Assembly: GCF_000017845.1 (NCBI RefSeq)
Contig: NC_010546.1
Span: 1-32,000 of the forward strand
DNA: 32,000 nucleotides
Direction of reading: 5' to 3'
Source: Crocosphaera subtropica ATCC 51142
GTDB taxonomy: Bacteria; Cyanobacteriota; Cyanobacteriia; Cyanobacteriales; Microcystaceae
Part shown: positions 16,489 through 24,754 of the stretch, piece by piece
Layout: each line of letters opens with the position of its first letter
Position numbering within the stretch: position 1 is the first letter of the stretch
Notes under the pieces: generated by a model
The model's input: the letters and a program-made list of their open reading frames with translations, nothing else
The model's database searches: none
What the model was told of the DNA's origin: nothing
Made by a program: the position numbers and the translations under genes

Positions 16489-17700
16489 GTTTGACTTCTG
16501 AAAAATTTTTTGCTCACTGCATAGCAATTTAGCGATCGCTGTGGCGATACTTAGAGATCCTCCTGGTTTTCCTACCCTTTCTTGTCCATTCTTTCTACAG
16601 TTTTCTAAATAATTTTTATCTTTTAAAATAGCTTGGATGGTTTGGGTTGCTTCAGTACAAAGATAGGGATTTTTATAACTTTTTCCAATCGTTTTAACCG
16701 ATATTCCTAATAATCTCATTTGTGCTTCTGCAAAAGCATAAGTAAATTGTGGTCCTTTTCCTGGTAATTGAATCACTGGTTTTCCTAAACCAACCACTTG
16801 TTCTACGGCGGTTCCAGCCATTCCGATCGCTAAATTACAGTTATCAATAATATCAGCAAAAGCTTGATAATAACATTCAATTCTAATCGTATCTTTAACT
16901 AATATTCCCAAAGAGTGATATTGCCATCCTAATTTTTCAGCTAACCGTTTTAAATGCGTTTCTTTAATGGCTTGAACTAAAGCCACTCGAAATTGAACCT
17001 TTTCTAAAGTAGCCAAAGATTCCGATACTTGTAATAATAATTCTAGATTATCAATAGCTTCAGGGACACGACTTCCCGGTAATAAAGCAATGGTTGGAAT
17101 ATTATCATCAAGATGCAAATTTTTTCCCGTCGGGGTTAAAATATCCATGATAGGATAGCCTAAAAAATAAGCGTTATGAAGTCCTTGTTGCTGTAAATCT
17201 TCTGCTGTAAAAGCATCCCTTGTAAAAATAGCTAAACAACGAGGCGATCGCAAACACCATCGAGTTAACCAAGGAAGCTGTAATTTTCCTTCATAAAAAC
17301 TAGAAGTGGATACCAAAAAAGCTACAAAAGGACGACCCGAAATATAGGCCATGGTGACAGGAAAAATATCCCCAACTGCAATAATTAAATGATAACGAGA
17401 ACAGTATTTTAAAAGAGTACGAATTTGATAAATAGTTAAACTAATTAATCCTGCGAACACATCTTTTAATAACGTTAAGGGGTTCATATAAAAAATACCC
17501 CCAGACGGTAAAGTTTTGGGTTGTCCGATCAAGGGTAAATGAAGAGAACGATAAGCATTGCCTTCTCCCACTAAAGGCATTGCTGTAATGGATATATCAG
17601 GCGCAATTTTATGTAATTCCTGGAGAATTAAACTAGCATTAAGGTCTTCTCCATGGCCGTTACTCATAAATAAAACTTCTTTTTTGACCATGATCGCCAT
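16468..17700 (-). CDS. Lipid-A-disaccharide-synthase-related (LpxB-like) glycosyltransferase (about 410 aa)
   Basis: The N-terminal VLFMSNGHGEDLNASLI signature belongs to the cyanobacterial LpxB-related family. The track start at 17781 is TTG; candidate ATGs are at 17700, 17691 and 17667. Confidence 0.78.
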   Translation of the reverse strand: MAIMVKKEVLFMSNGHGEDLNASLILQELHKIAPDISITAMPLVGEGNAYRSLHLPLIGQPKTLPSGGIFYMNPLTLLKDVFAGLISLTIYQIRTLLKYCSRYHLIIAVGDIFPVTMAYISGRPFVAFLVSTSSFYEGKLQLPWLTRWCLRSPRCLAIFTRDAFTAEDLQQQGLHNAYFLGYPIMDILTPTGKNLHLDDNIPTIALLPGSRVPEAIDNLELLLQVSESLATLEKVQFRVALVQAIKETHLKRLAEKLGWQYHSLGILVKDTIRIECYYQAFADIIDNCNLAIGMAGTAVEQVVGLGKPVIQLPGKGPQFTYAFAEAQMRLLGISVKTIGKSYKNPYLCTEATQTIQAILKDKNYLENCRKNGQERVGKPGGSLSIATAIAKLLCSEQKIFQKSNKKKGLN

Positions 17701-17968
17701 CGATAAATTGCTGTGAATTAGTTTGATCTTGTTACCAACTTTTGACTGATAGAAAGAAAAACAGTTACAGAGGATACACAAGAGGTAACTGTCTACTTTG
17801 ATTATTTAGATGAGTTTGACACCTCTCTTAACAAAAGATCATTCTATGGTAAACATAGGAAACAGTACAGAGTAATGATTTCTTAAATAATAGGTTAATC
17901 AGGGGAAGCTTATCCTAAAATAGAAAAAGGTTGAAAATTATTGTAGCTTTTAGGAGTCACCACAACCG

Positions 17969-18325
17969 ATGACACAAGCCACTCAAACCCCCGCAAAAGG
18001 AATTCAACTGACCGAAACAGCCCTTAAGCACGTTTTGATGTTACGGGAACAACAGGGAAAAGACCTCTGTTTGCGTGTTGGGGTTCGTCAGGGAGGATGT
18101 TCCGGAATGTCTTATATGATGGACTTTGATGACCCTAGTAATATTGGCGAACAAGACGAAGTCTTTGATTATGATGGTTTTCAAATCATCTGCGATCGCA
18201 AAAGTCTTCTCTATCTCTATGGCCTCGTCCTCGATTATAGTAACGCCATGATCGGGGGTGGTTTTGAGTTTACAAACCCCAACGCTAACCAAACTTGTGG
18301 CTGTGGTAAGTCCTTTGGTGTTTAA
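17969..18325 (+). CDS. HesB/IscA/SufA-family iron-sulfur cluster insertion protein (118 aa)
   Basis: [15 protein letters not shown] and the C-terminal CGCGKSF cysteine triad. Confidence 0.92.
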   Translation: MTQATQTPAKGIQLTETALKHVLMLREQQGKDLCLRVGVRQGGCSGMSYMMDFDDPSNIGEQDEVFDYDGFQIICDRKSLLYLYGLVLDYSNAMIGGGFEFTNPNANQTCGCGKSFGV

Positions 18326-18356
18326 TCAAGCAATATAGTGTATGTTAAATAATCGG

Positions 18357-18386
18357 GGCAGAAATCGAGTTTTCTGTCTCTTTTTG
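18357..18386 (+). terminator. Probable intrinsic terminator after the Fe-S carrier gene
   Basis: GGCAGAAA (18357-18364) pairs with TTTCTGTC (18371-18378, one G:U), followed by TCTTTTTG. Confidence 0.45.
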
Positions 18387-18406
18387 TCTTCATTCTATTA
18401 CTAAAA

Positions 18407-18832
18407 ATGACTGAAACTGCTGCAACTGCTTTTGAGCAAGGTTTAGAACGTTATAAACAAGGGGAGTCCCTGGATACTTTGATTCCTCATTTCAAACAAA
18501 TCTGCGATCGCGCCCCCAAAAACCCCACCGCTTGGGCCTGTTTAGCTTGGTTATACCTGTTAGCGGATAAACCAGAGTTAGCTCTCAAAGCTGCTAAAAA
18601 AAGCGTTAAAATTGATAATAGACCCCCTCAAGCTAGGATTAACTTAGCTTTAGCTATGTTAGACACCGGCGCAAAAGGAGTGCGGGATCACATCGAAGCG
18701 GCCCAACAAATGATGTCCCTTGACGAAGAGATTCATAAAGATGTCGTTGAAAACATCGAAGATGGATTAAGCCGTAAACCAGACTGGAAAAGTCTCCAGC
18801 GTGTTAAAAAATGGTTATTATCCCCTGAATAA
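18407..18832 (+). CDS. TPR-like helical-repeat protein (141 aa)
   Basis: AWACLAWLYLLADKPELALKAAKKSVKID and ARINLALAML resemble TPR helices. Its stop lies 2 nt before the M48 protease start, suggesting an operon. Confidence 0.6.
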   Translation: MTETAATAFEQGLERYKQGESLDTLIPHFKQICDRAPKNPTAWACLAWLYLLADKPELALKAAKKSVKIDNRPPQARINLALAMLDTGAKGVRDHIEAAQQMMSLDEEIHKDVVENIEDGLSRKPDWKSLQRVKKWLLSPE

Positions 18833-18834
18833 GA

Positions 18835-19710
18835 ATGCAATTATCAAAAACCCAGTTAATCGGATTAAAAGCAGATGATTTTCGTCATCCTTTGGATTTA
18901 GAAGCGACCACAGCGTTAAAACAACTCCCTGGCTTGGATATGATCGTTAGGAGTTTACTGGGTTCTGTAGCCGAACAGTTTTTCTATCTCAATAACATTG
19001 CTTCGAGTGTGTTGGTGAGTGAAAAACAATTACCCCATCTCCATAAATTATTAGTCGAAGCAGCCCGTATTCTCGACTTAGAACCCCCACAACTCTATTT
19101 GCAACAAAATCCTGTTCCTAACGCCTATACCTTCGCTATGCAAGGGAAACAACCCTTTATGGTGTTGCACACCTCTCTAGTGGAAATGTTGACCCCAGAA
19201 GAAATACAAGGGGTCATGGCTCACGAACTGGGACACCTTAAATGTGAACACGGGGTTTATCTCACCTTAGCCAATATTATGGTCTTGGGTGCGAGTTTAT
19301 TACCCACCTGGGGAACGGCGATCGCACAGTCTTTACAAGCGCAAATGTTACAATGGGTGCGTTGTGCAGAATTTAGTTGCGATCGGGCTGCTTTATTGGT
19401 GGCACAAGATCCCAAAGTGGTTATGTCCATTTTAATGAAATTGGCTGGTGGTTCCCCCACCATTGCCCCCCAGTTGAACCTAGAGGCATTTATCCAACAG
19501 GCGAGGGATTATGAAGCCATTAGCAACACCGCTTTAGGAGAAATGTTAAAACAGGCGCAAACGGAACAACTCACCCATCCTGTGCCAGTATTGCGGGCTA
19601 AGGAGATTGATCGCTGGGCTAGTTCTCAAGATTATCACCACTTGTTAGAACAAGGCAAAACAGAGTATAATCAAAAAGCTACGACCAAGGGCGGATGGCG
19701 AAATTGGTAG
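18835..19710 (+). CDS. M48-family (HtpX/Ste24-like) zinc metallopeptidase (291 aa)
   Basis: HELGHLKCEH zinc motif and CAEFSCDRAA. The last 22 nt, including stop TAG 19708-19710, lie inside tRNA-Leu. Confidence 0.88.
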   Translation: MQLSKTQLIGLKADDFRHPLDLEATTALKQLPGLDMIVRSLLGSVAEQFFYLNNIASSVLVSEKQLPHLHKLLVEAARILDLEPPQLYLQQNPVPNAYTFAMQGKQPFMVLHTSLVEMLTPEEIQGVMAHELGHLKCEHGVYLTLANIMVLGASLLPTWGTAIAQSLQAQMLQWVRCAEFSCDRAALLVAQDPKVVMSILMKLAGGSPTIAPQLNLEAFIQQARDYEAISNTALGEMLKQAQTEQLTHPVPVLRAKEIDRWASSQDYHHLLEQGKTEYNQKATTKGGWRNW

Positions 19711-19770
19711 ACGCACCACACTCAAAATGTGGCGGCTTCGGTCATGGGGGTTCGAGTCCCCCTCTGCCCA
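19689..19770 (+). tRNA. tRNA-Leu (anticodon CAA), 82 nt, CCA not encoded
   Basis: Manual fold. Acceptor GGGCGGA pairs with TCTGCCC (one G:U). D-arm is GCG-AAATTGGTAGA-CGC. Anticodon stem is CCACA/TGTGG with loop CTCAAAA, anticodon at 19723-19725. There is a long variable arm. T-arm is GGGGG-TTCGAGT-CCCCC, and the discriminator is A. Confidence 0.93.
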
Positions 19771-19781
19771 TAGAGTTTATT

Positions 19782-20051
19782 ATGTTACAAGATATTATCG
19801 AAGTCCAAACTAAGGAAAATTATCGACTTTATCTTAAATTTGAAGATGGGAATGCAGGAATTATTGATATTAGTCAAGTGATAGATTTTATTGGAATTTT
19901 TGAACCTTTAAAAGATTTAAGCTATTTTAAAACAGTTAAAATCAATCCAGAATGGGGAACCATTTACTGGGAAAATGGCGCAGATTTAGATCCCGATGTA
20001 TTATATTCAGTTATTACTGGCAAACCTATTCCTAATTTTCAGATACAATAG
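19782..20051 (+). CDS. DUF2442-family protein (89 aa)
   Basis: IIEVQTKENYRLYLKFEDGNAGIIDIS...INPEWGTIYWENGADLDPDVLY fits DUF2442. The track ORF start at 19695 lies inside the tRNA and is rejected; the ATG is at 19782. Confidence 0.72.
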   Translation: MLQDIIEVQTKENYRLYLKFEDGNAGIIDISQVIDFIGIFEPLKDLSYFKTVKINPEWGTIYWENGADLDPDVLYSVITGKPIPNFQIQ

Positions 20052-20165
20052 TCAATTACACAAGATTTATAAGAATGGTTATTGAATCTTTCGTTAATCT
20101 ACAAAATTTTTAGAATGCTATACTTAGAATGTGAACTAATTACAGTATAGATAAAATATAAACAA

Positions 20166-20432
20166 ATGAGCAAAAATATTACCTTAGAATTAGTTTTAGA
20201 ACTTGCTAAACAACTTACTCCTATTGAACAAGCGCGCTTAGTTAAAGAAATGACTCCTAATAAACAAACCTTAAACTATGATATCCCAACAGAACCTATT
20301 CCTGATGAAAAACAACGATTAGGATTGAAAAAAGCAGGAGAAGCGGTTGATCAGATGCTTATTAAACATGGTGTTACGGAGGATGAATTAGTTGAAGATT
20401 TTCGTAAGTTACGAGAAGGACATCGTTCTTAA
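20166..20432 (+). CDS. Putative antitoxin of the downstream PIN toxin (88 aa)
   Basis: A small ORF whose TAA overlaps the ATG of the PIN gene (TAATG). No family is recognised by eye. Confidence 0.5.
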   Translation: MSKNITLELVLELAKQLTPIEQARLVKEMTPNKQTLNYDIPTEPIPDEKQRLGLKKAGEAVDQMLIKHGVTEDELVEDFRKLREGHRS

Positions 20433-20749
20433 TGAGTAATGAAACTTGTTTGGTATTAGATGCGAATATTATCATTCGTGCTTTAATGAACAAGAAAAAT
20501 TTATCGGCTGAAAAAGCTCTTGAAACATTAAACATACTACTTAATTTTATTACTATTGTTGATCGATCTTTGTACTCTCAATTTGAAAAAAATGCTCGTG
20601 AACGTATGAGGACACGAGACATAGATGACTGGCCAATTCTTGCCTTATCTCTTGTTTTTAATTGTCCTATCTGGACGGAAGATACTGACTTTTTTTGTGC
20701 TGGTGTCGCAACATGGACAACAGATAGAATACATCTATTGTTTGAGTAA
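20432..20749 (+). CDS. PIN-domain toxin (VapC-like, 105 aa)
   Basis: LVLDANIIIRAL at the N-terminus and IWTEDTDFF near the C-terminus provide the acidic PIN residues. It is shorter than typical VapC proteins. Confidence 0.65.
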   Translation: MSNETCLVLDANIIIRALMNKKNLSAEKALETLNILLNFITIVDRSLYSQFEKNARERMRTRDIDDWPILALSLVFNCPIWTEDTDFFCAGVATWTTDRIHLLFE

Positions 20750-20792
20750 TGATTAGATATTTATAGGTTTTATTGAAATTAGAATTCAGGCA

Positions 20793-21369
20793 ATGTTAAC
20801 CACTAAACCTCGTTTCCAAACCTTTAAAGAATATCTAAAATACGATGATAATTCAGATAAACTTTACGAATTATTTAATGGAAAATTGATAGAAATTACT
20901 CCAGAATCAGGTTTAAATATTGAAATTGCTAACTTTCTTTTTCTTAAATTTGCTTCATTAGTAGGACATCGTAGAGTTAGGGGCCATGGGTTAGAATTAG
21001 AAGTGAGAGGAGAACCCAAAAACCGTTATCCTGACTTAACGATTATTCGAGAAGAACATATACAACAACTCTCAAAAAGGAACACCATTCGTCTGTTTAT
21101 GTCACCTCCTTTATTAGTGGTTGAAGTGGTTAGTCCTGGTGATATTCAAAGAGAAAGAGATTATATTGCTAAAAGAATACAATATCAAGATTGTTGTATC
21201 CCTGAAATATTGGATTGTTGATCCTCAAACACAAACTATTTTAGTCTTAGAATTGAAAGGAGAAAGTTACCAAGAAGTGGGTAACTTTAGTCAGGATAAT
21301 TTAGTTAAATCTCCTAATTTTCCAGAACTCAAGTTAACTGTTGCTGAAATATTTCAAGGTATCTCTTAA
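20793..21369 (+). pseudogene. Uma2/DUF820-family endonuclease disrupted by a 1-nt frameshift
   Basis: Frame 1 (20793..21221) ends ...YQDCCIPEILDC*. Frame 2 continues YWIVDPQTQTILVLEL...FPELKLTVAEIFQ. The conserved Uma2 motif IPEYWIVDP is restored by deleting one A from the run at 21205-21207. Confidence 0.8.
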
Positions 21370-21412
21370 CTAGCTCTTTTCGCATTGATCATTTTCGTTG
21401 CTTCATTTAGTA

Positions 21413-22405
21413 TTATTTTATAACTTTTTTTAAGTATTTTAAAAATTTTTCTGAGTCAGCAAAGTAATTAGGATAACCTTTTTTTAAATCTTGTATTGAT
21501 TTTGCTTCTACTAAAACTACATTACTTTCGGGACTATTTTTTTCCGTTTTTATATATTCTTCTGTAGCTAAATTAATTTGCTTCGTTCGGAAAAATTGTA
21601 TGTTGAGAAAATTATTTTCAGGGTTTAAAATTAAGAGGAAAAACCCATTTCTACTTTTTGATTCTTCTAGCACTTCTCCCATAATGCTATAAACTGTAAG
21701 CTTTTCCATTACTTTTAGTTTCTTTTCGTAATTCTTAATTTCTCTAGTAATTTTATTGGATACATTTTGTTTTCTTTCTAGATTGTCCATCGCTTTACTC
21801 ATATAATCGAAAAAAGTGAACCAATCATCATCCCCATTACCTGTTTTTAATTGTTGTTTTGTAAATGTATCAATTGTTTCTACAGCAGTTGCCCAGTAAT
21901 GTTGAATTTTACTTCTAATTTGAATTTCAATTCGTAAATCTTTATATTCTTCCTTTTTCCCACAATATTTAGATATTAAATGAATACTTCTATATCCTGA
22001 TTCTTTAGGTGATGTTATATAGTCATCAATTTTCTGTATATCTAAACTGGGTGATGTTTTAATATCATTAACTAACTTATAAACTCCATCAACACTATTC
22101 AAAATTATCCTACAGCCTCCTATATCTTGCATTCGATGTAATTTCATAGTGGAAAAACGTTCCAGTTCATTTTTAATTGAAACTATTCGTTTTAATCTTT
22201 GAGTAATAAGAAAATCTGGGTCGATAGTTCTCGCTTTATTTCTTAGTGAACTTTGTACATTATTTAATGGGAAAGCGTGTGATCCTCGCCAATTACTTAA
22301 AATTTCTGAGGCTTCATCGAAACTTAACTTGTCTGATTTACCTATTAACGCATCACCTGCTTTTCCTACTTGTGTTTTAGAGTATTCTGGTTTAATCCAT
22401 GTCAT
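21413..22405 (-). CDS. RelA/SpoT-domain nucleotide pyrophosphokinase, small-alarmone-synthetase/toxSAS-like, with a 130-aa C-terminal extension (330 aa)
   Basis: All synthetase motifs are present: RLKRIVSIKNELER, MQDIGGCRII, SGYRSIHLI and EIQIRSKIQHYWATAVE. The C-terminal third is Lys/Glu-rich without a recognisable domain. No adjacent small ORF is present. Confidence 0.85.
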   Translation of the reverse strand: MTWIKPEYSKTQVGKAGDALIGKSDKLSFDEASEILSNWRGSHAFPLNNVQSSLRNKARTIDPDFLITQRLKRIVSIKNELERFSTMKLHRMQDIGGCRIILNSVDGVYKLVNDIKTSPSLDIQKIDDYITSPKESGYRSIHLISKYCGKKEEYKDLRIEIQIRSKIQHYWATAVETIDTFTKQQLKTGNGDDDWFTFFDYMSKAMDNLERKQNVSNKITREIKNYEKKLKVMEKLTVYSIMGEVLEESKSRNGFFLLILNPENNFLNIQFFRTKQINLATEEYIKTEKNSPESNVVLVEAKSIQDLKKGYPNYFADSEKFLKYLKKVIK

Positions 22406-22446
22406 ACATTTACCTGTAGTATTACCAATTTTTTAGACTCTGTAAC
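22406..22446. repeat. 41-bp leader segment, copy 1 (immediately upstream of the RelA/SpoT-like start codon)
   Basis: ACATTTACCTGTAGTATTACCAATTTTTTAGACTCTGTAAC matches 23404..23444 at 36 of 41 positions. Confidence 0.8.
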
Positions 22447-22492
22447 CTATTAAGGTATAATTTGAACTTAATCAAAAGTCAGCATCTTTCCT

Positions 22493-23080
22493 TTACCAAA
22501 TGTCTGTCAAATCTAAAGTAAAGTCAGGTAAAACTCCTTCTCCTGATAGAAATTGTGGATTTTCTAATATTTCTACTTCTTGATCAGGACGATAAATTTC
22601 TACTTGTTGTTGTCGTCGATTAATTAACCATCCGAGTCTTGCACCATTCTCCCGATATTCTTGCATTTTAAGCCGTGTTTTCTCCAGAGAATCACTAGGA
22701 GACATTAATTCAACCACAAAATCAGGACACAAAGGGGCAAATTTCTCTTTTTCAGCAGCCGTTAAACCATTCCACCGATCTTTATGTATCCAAGACGCAT
22801 CCGGCGATCGCTCTGCACCATTGGGAAGTTTAAACCCTCCCGAAGAATCAAAGGATTTTCCTAACTGACTTTGACGACTCCAAGCTCTTAATTGATAGGT
22901 TAACTCAGCATTGCGATCGCTGGTTTCACTTCCTGTGGGTGGCATTATGATTAATTGTCCGGTTGCGGTGCGCTCAAATCTCAAATCACGGTTATTTTGA
23001 CAAAGCTGAAAAAACTGCTCGTCAGTTAAATCAATATCTAAATTGAGAGGTGCAGATAAACTGACGGTATTACTGTTCAT
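22493..23080 (-). CDS. Uma2/DUF820-family endonuclease, intact (195 aa)
   Basis: LIIMPPTGSETSDRNAELTYQL, SPDASWI and PDFVVELMSPSD fit the Uma2 PD-(D/E)XK pattern. The gene contains two HIP1 sites. Confidence 0.88.
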   Translation of the reverse strand: MNSNTVSLSAPLNLDIDLTDEQFFQLCQNNRDLRFERTATGQLIIMPPTGSETSDRNAELTYQLRAWSRQSQLGKSFDSSGGFKLPNGAERSPDASWIHKDRWNGLTAAEKEKFAPLCPDFVVELMSPSDSLEKTRLKMQEYRENGARLGWLINRRQQQVEIYRPDQEVEILENPQFLSGEGVLPDFTLDLTDIW

Positions 23081-23403
23081 ATTATCTTTTTTATACCACT
23101 ATGATTATTTAGATAGCTAATATAATTATAACGGAGTTAAACGAAGTGTAGGCTAACTCCTCATTAACTATTAACCTAAATAACCCATCATAAGACAATA
23201 AAAAGTGGATAATTAACACTGTATCTTAATCAAGCTTGTAGGGGCTTAATAATATTAAGGCCCTCAACAAAGACGATTAATTTCTGTTTCATCTTCCTTA
23301 TTATCACAACTAAATTTTTAATCTCTGATTATTTCAAAAGCATCAGAACAAGGTTTTAAAACCTCATTAAAAAATAATCATAATTATTATCATCTACATT
23401 CTG

Positions 23404-23444
23404 ACACTTACCTGTAGTATTCCCAATTGTTTAGGCCCTGTAAC
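23404..23444. repeat. 41-bp leader segment, copy 2 (in a 474-bp non-coding stretch)
   Basis: ACACTTACCTGTAGTATTCCCAATTGTTTAGGCCCTGTAAC lies 998 bp from copy 1 in the same orientation. No ORF follows it. Confidence 0.8.
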
Positions 23445-23554
23445 ATCTCATAGCGTTTCTTAGACTCATTAGAAATCTAAAGGCAAAATCGGTAATTTGC
23501 CCTTAGAAATTCAATAACTAACAATCCTCGGAGTCGTACTTTGATGACCTAACC

Positions 23555-24754
23555 TTAATAATTAACAGCCGTACAGCCGATTTGAGATACGTCAGAATCA
23601 GGCATAATGGCACCGCATAGGTTAGCATTGGTCAAGTTAGAATCACTCAAGTTAGCATTCTCAAGATTGGCTGCAGCTAAATTAGCCCCACTCATATTAA
23701 TATCTTTTAATTGAGCAGAAGTGAGCATCGCATCACTCATATTTGCACCTACTAAGTAGGAAGAATTGAAAACAGCCCCCACTAAATTAGCATCACTAAA
23801 ATTAGCATTTTCCATATTAATCTCTGTTAGATTAGCATGAGCTAAATTAGCATGACTGAAATCAGTATTCACTAAATAGGAAAGATGAAAATTGGCCTCC
23901 GGTAATGTGGCGTAACTGAAATTAGCCCCTTCCATATTAATGTCACTGAGTCTTGCGCCGGTTAAGTTAGCATATCTGAAATCTGAGTTAACTAAATAAG
24001 CATGGTGCAAATTCGCATTCTCTAAATTAGCATTTCTGAGATTAGCCTCATGAAGATTAATGTCTTGCAAGTTGGCACCGGTTAAGGTTGCCCCTTGAAG
24101 GTTGGCATAACTCACATCTGCATTATAAGAAGCAGCTTCAGGAATAACAATGGCTCCAACGCCCCCTAATACTGCCCCAGGAATGGCAAAGGGAACAGCT
24201 AATAACGCCATATCAAAAGCGGTTTTTGCTGTACTATTTCTCGGATAGTCTGTCGTAAAATCAGTATAAGAAAGATTGGCCCCTTCTAGATTAGCCTCTT
24301 TGAGTTTAATCCCTCGTAAATAAGCCCCAGTTAAATTTGCATTACGGAGATTAGAACCAGTCAGAATCGCCCTTTCTCCATCGTGAAGGGTAAAGTCTGC
24401 ACCCTGAAGGTTTGCCCCTTCTAAGTCAGCATCCGCCATTAAAACCCCTCTCATTTGGGCTTCTTGAAGATTGGCATTGCGAAAAGTAACACCATCCATG
24501 TCTGCGTTGACTAAATTAGCCCCTTTTAGGTTGGCATTGCTTAGGTTAGAATTATGCAGTTTACTGTTAATGAGATTGGCATCTTCAAGATTTGCACCGC
24601 TTAAATCTAAGTTTCGTAAATCAGCATCTTGTAAATCACAGCCAATACACTCTCCTGTTTCCATTAATTGTTGCAAATCTGCTGCATTTTCAGCCCTAAC
24701 GATAGGGGTTAAAGCTAATGATGTTAATACAAGAATTCCTGTAAGAGTTTTCAT
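23555..24754 (-). CDS. Secreted pentapeptide-repeat protein (399 aa)
   Basis: Signal peptide MKTLTGILVLTSLALTPIVRA, then long A(D/N)Lxx runs. These are interrupted at about aa 166-211 by a hydrophobic Gly/Ala/Pro-rich segment. Confidence 0.9.
   Translation of the reverse strand: MKTLTGILVLTSLALTPIVRAENAADLQQLMETGECIGCDLQDADLRNLDLSGANLEDANLINSKLHNSNLSNANLKGANLVNADMDGVTFRNANLQEAQMRGVLMADADLEGANLQGADFTLHDGERAILTGSNLRNANLTGAYLRGIKLKEANLEGANLSYTDFTTDYPRNSTAKTAFDMALLAVPFAIPGAVLGGVGAIVIPEAASYNADVSYANLQGATLTGANLQDINLHEANLRNANLENANLHHAYLVNSDFRYANLTGARLSDINMEGANFSYATLPEANFHLSYLVNTDFSHANLAHANLTEINMENANFSDANLVGAVFNSSYLVGANMSDAMLTSAQLKDINMSGANLAAANLENANLSDSNLTNANLCGAIMPDSDVSQIGCTAVNY

Noticed and set aside
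19695-19781. Track ORF start at 19695 for the DUF2442 gene
   Set aside because: The first 29 codons are read out of the tRNA-Leu sequence. The family-like sequence begins at the ATG at 19782.
21121-21369. Independent 82-aa ORF
   Set aside because: It is the 3' portion of the frameshifted Uma2 gene. Its N-terminal part overlaps frame 1 and only the part after 21208 is family-like.
23081-23403. Decayed paralogue of the RelA/SpoT-like gene downstream of leader copy 2
   Set aside because: I translated the minus strand in all three frames by hand. I saw only short stop-riddled peptides with no resemblance to the RelA/SpoT N-terminus. The region looks like repeat-rich non-coding DNA, with hairpins at 23133-23160 and 23237-23270 and a palindrome AGGTTTTAAAACCT at 23351-23364.
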